A stretch of DNA of 64,000 bases from IMG/VR virus record IMGVR_UViG_2889931527_000001. One strand, 5' to 3'. Source of the stretch: a virus (Duplodnaviria; Caudoviricetes). Position numbers and translations under genes: made by a program. Below, piece by piece: positions 9,437 to 19,157 of the stretch (position 1 is its first letter; each line of letters opens with the position of its first letter). Below the pieces are notes generated by a model. The model worked only from the letters and a program-made list of their open reading frames with translations. It searched no databases and was not told the DNA's origin.

Positions 9437-10477
9437 TTAGTCATTCAGGGCAACAACAGCAAAGAATCTTGAATCTATAATCCCTACCCCAATCGAATAT
9501 TGCCCATCTGTATAACATTCTATCGGGCCATTACCACCCTCAAAGTCGCCGACATAAATAAATCCGCATTTCAGTAAAAGGGAATGGTAATCAATTAAAA
9601 GGTTTTCATTCTGTGAAAGTGCGTCATCCAGATCGAGTACATCATAATAATATCCATCCAGACCGGCAAGTTTACCAATATCCGACTCTGGAATACCCGC
9701 AAACGCTCCAAAATCAGGAACACTTGGATATCGACTATAATAAGCTATATCCTCTGTTCCTGCACTCTCTCCCATATAAAAGAACGTATTGCCATCTGTT
9801 TGATAGGTGGAAATCATCACAGAAAACGTGCCTTCTGGAGAATACCCAAACGAAACATACAATCCGTCCTTTTTATACTGATCGACCTTTCCGACTTGAA
9901 CGACTCCCCATTTTGTATCAAAATCGAATTTATTTACAAACTGGAATCCAGCAGATTCCAACAACCTTCGATACGGTATGGTGCCAATGGTTCCGGAAGT
10001 ACCGTTGTAGACATACACCGTTGCACTTCCATCATTGGATGTCTTAATATCTTGTAATGTTGTATCATCTGGATAAAGCGTTGCAAAGTCAGGAACAGAG
10101 GGATAGTCTTTGTATCCAGAAAAATCACTTGTCTCATTTTGCGGGATATCGCTGGCTCCGTCACCTACTACAACCGCATTCTGGCTCTCATTCCACCCAA
10201 TTTCGACACCCAATGTTTCGGATAATTTACGTACAGGTAAATATACCGTCCACCCTCCATTTTCATCCTCATACGTAATACTTCCAGGAGCAGATGTTCC
10301 ATTTTGAAGTGTATAATTTTCTCCTTCTTTAGAAATTGTCTTGCCATCAGCTATTACATTCACTAAGTTTGGAGTCATTGAGCCTGTTACGGCAGCAAAT
10401 GCCGGGATTATTAGTCCGGATATAGCACATGAGCAAAAAATCCCCGCAAAAAAACTTTTTCTGTCAAAGTTTTTCAT
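9437..10477 (-). CDS. Secreted/cell-surface protein (signal peptide, copper-amine-oxidase-N-like stalk, two internal repeats)
   Basis: Signal ending PAFA; VYLPVRKLSETLGVEIGWN; YPSVPDF occurs twice. Confidence 0.75.
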   Translation of the reverse strand: MKNFDRKSFFAGIFCSCAISGLIIPAFAAVTGSMTPNLVNVIADGKTISKEGENYTLQNGTSAPGSITYEDENGGWTVYLPVRKLSETLGVEIGWNESQNAVVVGDGASDIPQNETSDFSGYKDYPSVPDFATLYPDDTTLQDIKTSNDGSATVYVYNGTSGTIGTIPYRRLLESAGFQFVNKFDFDTKWGVVQVGKVDQYKKDGLYVSFGYSPEGTFSVMISTYQTDGNTFFYMGESAGTEDIAYYSRYPSVPDFGAFAGIPESDIGKLAGLDGYYYDVLDLDDALSQNENLLIDYHSLLLKCGFIYVGDFEGGNGPIECYTDGQYSIGVGIIDSRFFAVVALND

Positions 10478-10677
10478 AATAATACCTCTTTCAAACCCTA
10501 ATTTCCTTGTAATGATTTACATGTATTTGATATACCTCCAATATCATATTTTTATTTTACCATATCAAGAATCTATTTCCAATACAAATACAAAGAAATA
10601 TTTTCTAAAAACACCTTGACTTTTTGTGCTCCAACAATTATACTGTATTTAGAGAGTGCAGAAAGTAGGTGATTAAA

Positions 10678-10851
10678 ATGAGCCCTCGCACAGGGCGTCC
10701 AAAAGCAGAAAATCCATTAAATGTAAATTTAAAGGTGCGTTTTGACCAAGAAACCAATAATCGATTGTTGGATTATTGCGAAAAGCATGGGGTTACACGC
10801 ACAGAAGCGATTCGTCGTGGGATACATTTGCTTTTGGAACAAGAAAAATAA
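10678..10851 (+). CDS. RHH/CopG-like small repressor
   Basis: MSPRTGRPK...LKVRFD...TRTEAIRRGIHLL. Confidence 0.8.
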   Translation: MSPRTGRPKAENPLNVNLKVRFDQETNNRLLDYCEKHGVTRTEAIRRGIHLLLEQEK

Positions 10852-10965
10852 GGTGTCGGCTCCCTGACAAAGAATACGACACCTTAGAACACCAATCCCG
10901 AAGGGATGGTAAATCTATTATACCATATCCTTCGGGGTTTACAAGACACCAGGAGGAAAAGCAAA

Positions 10966-11226
10966 ATGAAAAACAGACCCTTTCCAGAGATCATAAACGC
11001 GCACCATGCGGATGCACTAAGCCGAATGGAAGAAGATGCAGAACTGAATGCGTTGTACGAAGCGGAATGGTCGTTGCCGTGCGAAGATGTTCGCAGCATG
11101 CTAGATAGCGGCGACGTGAACGCGGCTTCTGATTTCATCGCAATGCACCAAGTCAAGACCGAGCGCATGGGATTCCTGCTGGGCTACCGCTACGCCATGC
11201 AGCTTGCACGGGAAATCTTTGTATAA
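10966..11226 (+). CDS. Conserved 86-aa phage protein (copy 1 of 3)
   Basis: AGGAGG RBS; near-identical to 23021-23281 and 37112-37372. Confidence 0.8.
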   Translation: MKNRPFPEIINAHHADALSRMEEDAELNALYEAEWSLPCEDVRSMLDSGDVNAASDFIAMHQVKTERMGFLLGYRYAMQLAREIFV

Positions 11227-11286
11227 TTCACACAAAGAATATACCCTTGACTTCGGCTGAAAAATCGCATATACTATGACCACACA

Positions 11287-11356
11287 AACGGCGCACTTCC
11301 GCGCCACTCATACAGTCAAACTGTATTGGTGGTCGGGGTGCGCCGTTTTTCGTTTT
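11287..11356 (+). promoter_or_regulatory. Class A leader attenuator after a TTGACT-17-TATACT promoter
   Basis: ACGGCGCACTTCCGCGCCA...TGGTCGGGGTGCGCCG-TTTTT. Confidence 0.7.
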
Positions 11357-11376
11357 CTCAGAAAGGAGCATGCTAT

Positions 11377-12132
11377 ATGAATGAATTGCAAATTTTCCAG
11401 AATGCAGAGTTTGGAACGATTCGAACAATCGAGGAAAACGGCAAAGTGCTGTTCTGCGGGTCGGATGTGGCTAAGGCATTGGGATATAAGAATCCTACAA
11501 AAGCCATTGCAGACCACTGCAAAGGAACTGTGGAGAGACGGGCTAACGATTCGTTAGGTCGTCAGCAGAATATGAAATTTATCACCGAAGGCGATATTTA
11601 CCGCTTGGGGGCAAAGTCTGAGTTACCGGGTGCAGATAAGTTTGAATGCTGGATTTTTGATGAAGTCCTCCCCTCTATCCGCAAGCATGGCGCATACATG
11701 ACACCTGAAACACTGGAAGCTGCAATCATGAATCCTGATACACTTATCAAGATTGCAACTGCGCTCAAGGATGAACAAGAGAAGCGCAAGGCATTGGAAA
11801 TCGCCAATTCCGAACTAACTGTTGACAACCAGATCATGAAACCCAAAGCGGACTATTTCGATGAAATCGTAGATAGGAACCTACTTACCAATTTCCGCGA
11901 AACGGCAAAGCAACTTAATGTGCCGCCGAGAAAGTTTGTAAGCTTCCTGATCGAAAAGAAATATGCCTATCGAGATAAGAAAGGTAAGCTCCAACCGTAC
12001 CAGCAGTATGTGGAAAGCGGCCTGTTCTGCCTGAAAGAGTGCTTGAATGAAAAGACCGGATGGGGAGGAACACAAACACTCATTACGCCGAAGGGACGTG
12101 AAACGTTTCGGCTGCTGTTTATTGCTGCGTAA
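11377..12132 (+). CDS. Phage antirepressor (Bro-N + KilAC)
   Basis: FQNAEFGTIRTIEENGKVLFCGSDVAKALGY...WIFDEVLPSIRKHG. Confidence 0.92.
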   Translation: MNELQIFQNAEFGTIRTIEENGKVLFCGSDVAKALGYKNPTKAIADHCKGTVERRANDSLGRQQNMKFITEGDIYRLGAKSELPGADKFECWIFDEVLPSIRKHGAYMTPETLEAAIMNPDTLIKIATALKDEQEKRKALEIANSELTVDNQIMKPKADYFDEIVDRNLLTNFRETAKQLNVPPRKFVSFLIEKKYAYRDKKGKLQPYQQYVESGLFCLKECLNEKTGWGGTQTLITPKGRETFRLLFIAA

Positions 12133-12199
12133 CCTATCATAGAATTTTAGCATTGAATATAGCCACTCAATATGCATTTTCTATGAAAGGAGCACAGAA

Positions 12200-12507
12200 A
12201 TGAATCAAACGTCTACGTTGCAAATTTTGAAGTCCGAAACATTTGGAACAGTAAAATGTGATTTCTATGGCGACGGAAATCAAGTATACATGACCCGAGA
12301 GCAAATCGGAACTGCTTTAGGATATTCCAACCCCAAACGCGCCATTTCAGATATTCACAAGAGACACAAGGAAAGACTGGACAAGTTCTCAAGGGTAACG
12401 CAGATTGCGTACCCCTCCGGTGGAAAACAAGATGTGTATATCTACAACAGAAAAGGCGTTATGGAAATCTGCCGATGGAGTCAACAGGAAAAAGCTGATG
12501 CTTTTAT
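12200..12507 (+). pseudogene. Bro-N antirepressor 5' fragment interrupted by an IS605-family end
   Basis: MTREQIGTALGY...GVMEICRWSQQEKADAF, then IS sequence after TTTAT. Confidence 0.8.
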
Positions 12508-12676
12508 CGAAGGCGGCGTAATACCCCTTGCTTCAGCTATGGGGATATAAGCCGCCTCAATGTGGTAGGGCGGGACACGCCCAAACCTATACGCTCGGGG
12601 AGATCGTGTAAGACCTGCTTGCAGGCAATGGTCGCTGAACTGAGAATCCCCTGCCTTTAGGCATGGGGAGTGTCAA
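12508..12676 (+). mobile_element. IS200/IS605-family miniature element (left end plus omegaRNA/right end, no ORF)
   Basis: Matches both ends of the tnpB element at 24559-25880; preceded by TTTAT, ends ...GGGGAGTGTCAA. Confidence 0.85.
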
Positions 12677-12733
12677 GTGTGGCTAAGGAAGCGCAAGAAC
12701 AGTGAAATGAGTATTGAGAAAGAGGGTTTTATT

Positions 12734-13657
12734 ATGCCTACAATTCAAGATTTCGAAAAAGGGATTCAAAAATATTTTCGGTCGTGCGCTTTTTTAGCTG
12801 ATTCATCCGTAACCCAACGTCGTCTTGTATGTGATAAACTGATCGAATATATGAGCGACAGAAAGAATGAGCAAATCACCGTCGAAACATTGATTGACTT
12901 CCGCAACAGCATGGATGAATTTAAGCCCAGCACGATAAACAAATATATGCGTATCCTAAAATCTATCTTCGCTTGGATGCTTGATATGGGTATATGGTAT
13001 GGAGGAAATCCGGTGAGAAAGAACATGGAAGTTCCTCAGCATCAGCACGAAATCAAGAATGTTCTGAACGATAACGATATGATGCGAATTGTCAGGAGAC
13101 GCGAAGATGCAGAAAAGAGTATTGTATACTTACGTAGACGTGCTATTACTCTGCTGCTTGTCACATCTGCCATGCGCGAATCTGAGTTGATCGAATTGCG
13201 TCCCATTGATTTAAACTGGGATAAAGGCACAATATATATTGCTAATGGTAAAGGCGGAAAAGATCGTACTGTGCTATTTTATAGTGTTGCGCAGGAAGCC
13301 GTAAAGGAATATATGAAGTTTCGTCCCGAATCTGCCACAGACCAAGATGCAGTATTCTTGGCAAATGATTGGAGAGGTGCACATAAGTTGGACCGGCGCA
13401 GCATCATTACGGATGTAAAAGAATACATTCGAAGCACAACAGGACGGACGGATATTTCTCCCCACTCGCTTCGTCATACTGCTGCTAGATATATGTTATC
13501 GAATGGTGTTCCAATGGCAGAGATTCAAGCACTGCTTGGACATTCTACAAGTGCAATCACAGAACATTATGCGAAGCTTCTCGCGCCCGATGTCACTCCG
13601 ATCAATTCAGCATCAACAGCGTTTGACAAAGTATATCCCCACGGAACATCTGTTTGA
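12734..13657 (+). CDS. Tyrosine recombinase (XerC/D-like)
   Basis: SAMRESEL, GKGGKDR, PHSLRH, LLGHSTSAITEHY catalytic set. Confidence 0.92.
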   Translation: MPTIQDFEKGIQKYFRSCAFLADSSVTQRRLVCDKLIEYMSDRKNEQITVETLIDFRNSMDEFKPSTINKYMRILKSIFAWMLDMGIWYGGNPVRKNMEVPQHQHEIKNVLNDNDMMRIVRRREDAEKSIVYLRRRAITLLLVTSAMRESELIELRPIDLNWDKGTIYIANGKGGKDRTVLFYSVAQEAVKEYMKFRPESATDQDAVFLANDWRGAHKLDRRSIITDVKEYIRSTTGRTDISPHSLRHTAARYMLSNGVPMAEIQALLGHSTSAITEHYAKLLAPDVTPINSASTAFDKVYPHGTSV

Positions 13658-13681
13658 GTTCCGTGGGGATTTTTTTGTGCG

Positions 13682-14734
13682 TCAAGATGTTGGCATATTG
13701 TTTGAAACATAGTTGTTTGTGCCATTGTCTGTTACGCCAGACCAATGTGTGAATGATGTACCACCTTGATATGCCACACCGCCATTGCATGTAACATTAT
13801 TATACGATGTTCCTGTTCCCAATGTAATTCCGTTTCCTGCTGCAAAAGTATTCCCCATAATGTTGTTGCAAGCACACACATGGTTTGTAGTTGAGCCTGA
13901 TCCTGATTGCAAAGAAAGCGAACCATAAAAAATATTTCCGATCAAAGTGCATTTTTGGCAGTCAGTCATAGTTACATTTCCAAAAAAACTATTGAAATGC
14001 ATAAATGTATCCGTTTTTTGAGCGATTGCACCACATTCAACAAATGAAATTCCATTAAGTGAGCAGTTTTCAATATATGAATTGCTGAGTGAAAGCGTAC
14101 TAGATATTAGTGCGCTATTATATGCATGGAGAGAAAATTCATCGGAAGGCGGAATGATGGCATTCACACTTTCTCCTTCCATATATACATTCGAAAGATA
14201 TAAAATTCCTGTGGAAGTTCCATATTTAATTAAAAACTGTGACGGAAATGAAAGGTTAGATAAAGTAATCCCCCTCATATATAGAGTATTGTCAAATGAA
14301 TTGTCCATATATATAAGCGAAGAAACATTTTGATCTGATGATGTAATCTTCACAGTGTTTGGGAAATATGTTCCACCATCATTTTTTGAACCATATTGTT
14401 GTCCTTCAATCATAATATTCGATAGTGGTAAGATTGGATTGGAAACAGTATACGTGCCATCAAGAAGTAAAATGTTTGCTCCTATTTCTGTCGCCTTTTG
14501 AATAGCTTGGTTGATCTCCACTTCGTCCGAAGCCCCGTCACATATATAATCACAAGTAGAAAGCGTGGCACCGCTTTGTGTTGTTCCGACAATAATATAT
14601 CCTCGTCCAGATCCGCCGATTCCATCCAAATTTTGCAATGTATCAGTGATTGCTTGTAACTCTGATGCATTGATCGGTGGCGATTGATTGTTTATCCATG
14701 TAGGGCTTATATATCTTCCGTTTGAAATTGGCAT
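13682..14734 (-). CDS. Tail fibre/spike protein with beta-helix (pectin-lyase-like) region
   Basis: WINNQSPPINASELQ head; CDYICDGASDEVEINQAI; Asn-rich beta-helix repeats. Confidence 0.7.
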   Translation of the reverse strand: MPISNGRYISPTWINNQSPPINASELQAITDTLQNLDGIGGSGRGYIIVGTTQSGATLSTCDYICDGASDEVEINQAIQKATEIGANILLLDGTYTVSNPILPLSNIMIEGQQYGSKNDGGTYFPNTVKITSSDQNVSSLIYMDNSFDNTLYMRGITLSNLSFPSQFLIKYGTSTGILYLSNVYMEGESVNAIIPPSDEFSLHAYNSALISSTLSLSNSYIENCSLNGISFVECGAIAQKTDTFMHFNSFFGNVTMTDCQKCTLIGNIFYGSLSLQSGSGSTTNHVCACNNIMGNTFAAGNGITLGTGTSYNNVTCNGGVAYQGGTSFTHWSGVTDNGTNNYVSNNMPTS

Positions 14735-14757
14735 GTATAATTCATCCCTTTCTGTTC

Positions 14758-15054
14758 TTAAAGCTGATCGCCTATTCCAAAGCTGACTGCAATTGCATTA
14801 CTCATGCCATACCAATATTGCACCAAAACCATATCGCCAATTTGAGCAGATGATAGCGCTGCTACATATGGAATATTAAATATCTGGGTATCATTTGGCT
14901 GCATAACTCCAAGTGTTGTACCATTAGGGGTAGTAACAACAGTCACCTTTTTCATGCGAATGCAGTTTTTTGTTTGATTTTGAATTTCTTGAATAATCTT
15001 AGGTCGCAATTCGTTCCATGCTCGTACTGCTTCCACCTGATCTTGATTTTGCAT
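14758..15054 (-). CDS. Small baseplate/tail-tip protein
   Basis: IGDMVLV OB-fold-like motif; tail operon context. Confidence 0.55.
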   Translation of the reverse strand: MQNQDQVEAVRAWNELRPKIIQEIQNQTKNCIRMKKVTVVTTPNGTTLGVMQPNDTQIFNIPYVAALSSAQIGDMVLVQYWYGMSNAIAVSFGIGDQL

Positions 15055-15068
15055 GTTGTGGTATCCCT

Positions 15069-16562
15069 CTATTCGTTTGCAATCAAAGTCACATCTACGG
15101 TATAAAGCCCCGGATTCCCAACGTTCACTGTGGTAGCACCGCTTTTATCGGGTGTCTTGGCAGATACATTCCACTCACCATAGGTAGGAACTGTGAATGT
15201 AGCTGTTCCGGTTGAAACCGCTGTTAATGTGGTGTCACTTAATGTAAGTGTTACTACTGCCCCGGCAGTAACAGTAACTACGACTGTTGCATAAATCTGT
15301 GTGGACGGGAGTGGATATGGGGATGCAGACGGAAAATCATTCACGCTGGTACAGTTGATCTGCATTTTACCACCTTGCGCGATGGAGCGCGTAAAACCTG
15401 TAATCAAATGACGTTCTATTGGATTACCGCTTTTGTCCATCCTGCGAACCGTCGCCAAATTGTTTTCGGTGATATGGAAAAGCTGGGATGATTCGATAGT
15501 AACAGATTTTTTGAGTACGGTATTTCGCTTCAAATAGTATTCAGCGAGTTCTTGACATTGCTCGTCTGCGTAATAGCTTGTTTCATCAAATATTTTGGTA
15601 CGCATTCCTAAAATTCCAGTGTTGGTATCGCTCGAAGGGTCTTGATTTACTGCACGTCCGGACGGAACATGATTTCCATTGATGGCCTGTCCAATAACAA
15701 TAATGTCATTGAATACTTCTGTGTTTTGAACGGCATAGGTGGCTCCCAAAAACTCGCCAGTCATGGGGGAGAAGTTCCATATAATAGGCTTGTCACTATC
15801 AAGAATATCTTCATAGGCTGCATCAACACGAAGTTGACCGTTTTGATCGTATCCAATCCAACCCACAAGCATTTTGTTGAGTTCAAGCAATATATCCGCA
15901 AATGTAACATTGTTGCTATCGAAACGTGCAGTATAGGGCGCATTTACCCACGGTTGTGTGGTGCCATCTGCTAATGTAATTGTTTTGTTGTTGTAGTATG
16001 TGGTGTATATCGGGGGTAAACTGTCTATCGGTAGACCATTGCCACGATCTCGTTTCAATATTCCCGAAATGCCCGTTAAAATATTTTCTCCGCGCTCAAT
16101 CAGCGCCCATCCCTCAAGATTACCAAACAATGTTCCATCTAACATTGCCCACTTATCCACCAATGTATAACGCACTATTTTTTGGTTTGGAAGAAAGCTT
16201 TCTTCTGGATTTTTGACATAGAACACGCCTTGAGGAAGATAGAAGTCTGACCCGTCTGGCATAACAAGACCTTCCATCAGGCGTATTTGTGTTCCAAACC
16301 ACACGTTATTGACATTGTAGTCATACTCTTGGTTTATGTTGGAAAGTGTGACCGTTGCTTGTCTACGCTGCCCATTTTGGAGATTTACAGCCAGTTCCCC
16401 TTCTTGTATGAATGCTCCCGATCTAGGATTTTGAGGATTGTTTGAAACAGAAAATGCAATAGACCCGTCCGGCTGTAAAAAATCCAGCCGGGCGAGTTTG
16501 TAAAAGCTACCGCCTTTAATTGCATTTAAGTACATATCCCATGTGGTTTGATTGATTGCCAA
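15069..16562 (-). CDS. Baseplate hub/tail protein (DUF5048-like) with C-terminal Ig-like domain
   Basis: LPQGVFYV, WAMLDG, GYDQNGQL motifs; tail context. Confidence 0.65.
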   Translation of the reverse strand: MAINQTTWDMYLNAIKGGSFYKLARLDFLQPDGSIAFSVSNNPQNPRSGAFIQEGELAVNLQNGQRRQATVTLSNINQEYDYNVNNVWFGTQIRLMEGLVMPDGSDFYLPQGVFYVKNPEESFLPNQKIVRYTLVDKWAMLDGTLFGNLEGWALIERGENILTGISGILKRDRGNGLPIDSLPPIYTTYYNNKTITLADGTTQPWVNAPYTARFDSNNVTFADILLELNKMLVGWIGYDQNGQLRVDAAYEDILDSDKPIIWNFSPMTGEFLGATYAVQNTEVFNDIIVIGQAINGNHVPSGRAVNQDPSSDTNTGILGMRTKIFDETSYYADEQCQELAEYYLKRNTVLKKSVTIESSQLFHITENNLATVRRMDKSGNPIERHLITGFTRSIAQGGKMQINCTSVNDFPSASPYPLPSTQIYATVVVTVTAGAVVTLTLSDTTLTAVSTGTATFTVPTYGEWNVSAKTPDKSGATTVNVGNPGLYTVDVTLIANE

Positions 16563-16568
16563 TCTTCA

Positions 16569-17126
16569 TCACCCGTTCAAAATCTTATCGCGTTCTGCCA
16601 AGGTAATGTCCCCTTTTTGAACAGCTATATCAACCAATGATTTTGTCCAAAGTCCACGAGTATAATTCTTCTGAACTCTTATCGCAGCGCTGGAAAGTTC
16701 TGTTTCAGCGGAAATAGTTTCCGAAGTCATAGTCATTGCCATAACTTGAGGCGTAGCTTCTGAGGCCGGCAATGCCATCATTACTTGCGCTTCCAATGCT
16801 GCGGCAATACGTTCTTCGTTAGTAGGTTCATTAGCAAAAGGAGGATTATCCTCAAAATCACTGATTGCCTGTAAATAGTCATCGTCAGATTGACATTGGC
16901 TGAAATCGCATCCGATCCGCTTGTAATGCTCAACAGTTGCATTGAATTCCATCGCAACAGAACCATTGATAACGCTATTTGAAATTATCATTTTGGCATC
17001 TGGATTCTGCGCCCATGCATATCGTTCAAGCCATTCTTCCGCAGTAAAATGATTTTTACCTGTATCCTTATCCCGCCCCGGTGTGTAAATGTCAGATTTT
17101 TTATCCCAAAGTTTGTACTTATTCAT
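16569..17126 (-). CDS. Tail-fibre assembly chaperone with XkdX-like C-terminus
   Basis: EPTNEERIAAALEA; NYTRGLWTKSLVDIAVQKGDITLAERDKIL. Confidence 0.65.
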   Translation of the reverse strand: MNKYKLWDKKSDIYTPGRDKDTGKNHFTAEEWLERYAWAQNPDAKMIISNSVINGSVAMEFNATVEHYKRIGCDFSQCQSDDDYLQAISDFEDNPPFANEPTNEERIAAALEAQVMMALPASEATPQVMAMTMTSETISAETELSSAAIRVQKNYTRGLWTKSLVDIAVQKGDITLAERDKILNG

Positions 17127-17147
17127 AGCGTCCTCCTTTTGTTATAT

Positions 17148-19142
17148 TTAATTTCCTGTATATACTTCAACGATATTTGACCAATAAGCATTTGGATTTC
17201 CTGAACTCGATCCACTCTTTCGTCCTCCGGCGAACAAGGCGTAGTATCCATTAGAAACGGATGTAAGTAGGTCCCTTGGAACTTGCAATGATGTTGGAGT
17301 AGAACGTGTCAATGATGAATTGAAAGCATAAGCAATATCTTTTGAGCAGAAAATAGAGTAAAATCCGCAAGTGCTAGATGCTCCGTTAGTTCCTATGTTT
17401 TTGGGCAATTCGTTTAATATGGTACGAGTCAAGGACGAGTCATATACATTTACAATTTGTTCGGACACAAATATTACATTGTTTCCGTTTGTGGCAGCAG
17501 TTAAATAACTCAATGGTTCACTGAGGGGCATGCATGAAGTTTGTGTAAGGTTTTCATCATAGGATATTGCATTATCTAGTGGGGTGCTTCCAAAATACCC
17601 TCCTACAAACAATGCATAATTCCCTACATGACCGCTAGAGTTATTTACCCGTAATGTTGAATCCGATGCGGGGGTTGTCTTTGTTAAATTATCATCATAT
17701 GCAGTCGATGCTCCAGCATAATTGTTAGATTGCGCTGAAACAAATAGGGCATATATTCCTACTGGTTCTGCGCTCGACTGAAATGCCCCTCCATTTAGAC
17801 TTTCTGGTTGTGTTCGCGTCAAATTTGTATTATAAGCTGTTACATACTCAGATTGGCCTATAATTCCATAATCCGAATTGTAAGTTGCTGCCCCATTTGC
17901 AACGGAATATCCATAAAGATCGGATGCAACATTTTGTGTGAGAGACGAATCGTATGCCACAGTTTCAATTCCTAAACCTGAATTAGCCGTAGATGTGAGA
18001 CCTCCGGTAATTATCATATATTCTCCTGCTAATGTACTTACCGAATTAGTTCTGCCAGCAGTAAGAGACGTAGCCCGTCCATAATATTGTGCCGTCGGAA
18101 CTGGCTCCAATGTTGCGGTATAGGAGGCGGGAACACTTATATTTACAACATTCGTTGATCTTCCATCCGCAAGCTGCGCAGAGACTTCCCAATCTCCTGG
18201 CGATGTAAGTAGAATAGTTGCTGTTCCATCCGAAACTGCGGTAAGTTCTGTTGCGCCATTTATAGCAGTAACGGTTGCTCCTGAATCCACCGTTACCACT
18301 AGTGGGACTGCAAAGGTATTTCCTTCATAGGTTCCTTGGACTCCAAAAATGCTAATTCCACTTTTTATATTAGCGGGAAGCAAGTTTGTATCGCCCTCAA
18401 TCGTTTGCACACCAGTAAGATACTGTTGAGCAGCGATGGTTTGATTTGACGTGGATGGAGTGATGGTTTGTGCGCCTTGGACTGCGAGTTGTTGAGTGGC
18501 ACTTTCTGTGCCTTGCTCCACATACCCAGCATCTTGTGTTGCACTTGCTGTAATCAATCCGCTACTATTAACAGTGATCGATGGTATAGCTTGCGAAACG
18601 GTATCAATTGCTTTTGATACGGCTTGCGCATAGTATCCAGCAGGAACGGAAATGGATGCGCCACTAATTGTTACACTTTCATCATTATTTGTTGGTATTG
18701 TTCCAGTAATTTTGCCGCTTCCAACATAAGCTGTATATGGCGAAAGTATGGTATTTGCTGTGGCGGTTGCATCAGATGCCAGTGAACCGGGGGTCACGTT
18801 TCCTGTAATTTGTTGCCCATTGACCCAAGCAGTTTCGCCAGATAAAATACTATTTTCTGTTGCCGTTCCTTGGGTTTGGCTCTCAAGGGATTTGGAAGAT
18901 ATCTTCCCCTCTCCATCATGATATCCATATGGAATGTCAAACGATTCTCCGGCATTCAATTCTGCCGATACTGCGCCGCAATTTGGCATAGTTCCGGTGA
19001 CAGGCGAGTTGTTGGCCAAATAGAATTGTTTTCCAAGCAAAACATCTGCATCCGCGCCTGCGTTTTCAAGTTGCGGCAAATTCGGGTCAGCGGCTATGAT
19101 ATATTGTCCAGGACCCGGAACTTCAAATGTTACTTGTCCCAA
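17148..19142 (-). CDS. Tail fibre protein (fibre repeats, Ig-like domain, kelch-like propeller C-terminus)
   Basis: AT..IL.G.TA.V...ITG repeats; YALFxGG and AYDxxLT repeats; TTG start after AAGGAGG. Confidence 0.75.
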   Translation of the reverse strand: MGQVTFEVPGPGQYIIAADPNLPQLENAGADADVLLGKQFYLANNSPVTGTMPNCGAVSAELNAGESFDIPYGYHDGEGKISSKSLESQTQGTATENSILSGETAWVNGQQITGNVTPGSLASDATATANTILSPYTAYVGSGKITGTIPTNNDESVTISGASISVPAGYYAQAVSKAIDTVSQAIPSITVNSSGLITASATQDAGYVEQGTESATQQLAVQGAQTITPSTSNQTIAAQQYLTGVQTIEGDTNLLPANIKSGISIFGVQGTYEGNTFAVPLVVTVDSGATVTAINGATELTAVSDGTATILLTSPGDWEVSAQLADGRSTNVVNISVPASYTATLEPVPTAQYYGRATSLTAGRTNSVSTLAGEYMIITGGLTSTANSGLGIETVAYDSSLTQNVASDLYGYSVANGAATYNSDYGIIGQSEYVTAYNTNLTRTQPESLNGGAFQSSAEPVGIYALFVSAQSNNYAGASTAYDDNLTKTTPASDSTLRVNNSSGHVGNYALFVGGYFGSTPLDNAISYDENLTQTSCMPLSEPLSYLTAATNGNNVIFVSEQIVNVYDSSLTRTILNELPKNIGTNGASSTCGFYSIFCSKDIAYAFNSSLTRSTPTSLQVPRDLLTSVSNGYYALFAGGRKSGSSSGNPNAYWSNIVEVYTGN

Positions 19143-19157
19143 ATATTTTTCCTCCTT

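Larger units (their letters stand above)
10549..12552 (+). repeat. Cassette copy 1 (direct repeat of 22600-24604)
   Basis: Near-identical promoter-upstream DNA, 86-aa gene, antirepressor, Bro-N fragment and IS left end; RHH gene divergent. Confidence 0.9.

Noticed and set aside
12677-12690. Miniature-element guide GTGTGGCTAAGG resembling ATGTGGCTAAGG in the antirepressors (~11465, ~23519)
   Set aside because: The first seed base mismatches and there is no TTTAT/TTAT TAM upstream, so self-targeting is unsupported.
12734-19142. Recombinase-driven tail-fibre shufflon
   Set aside because: All tail genes lie on one strand and I saw no inverted crossover repeats or silent cassettes.
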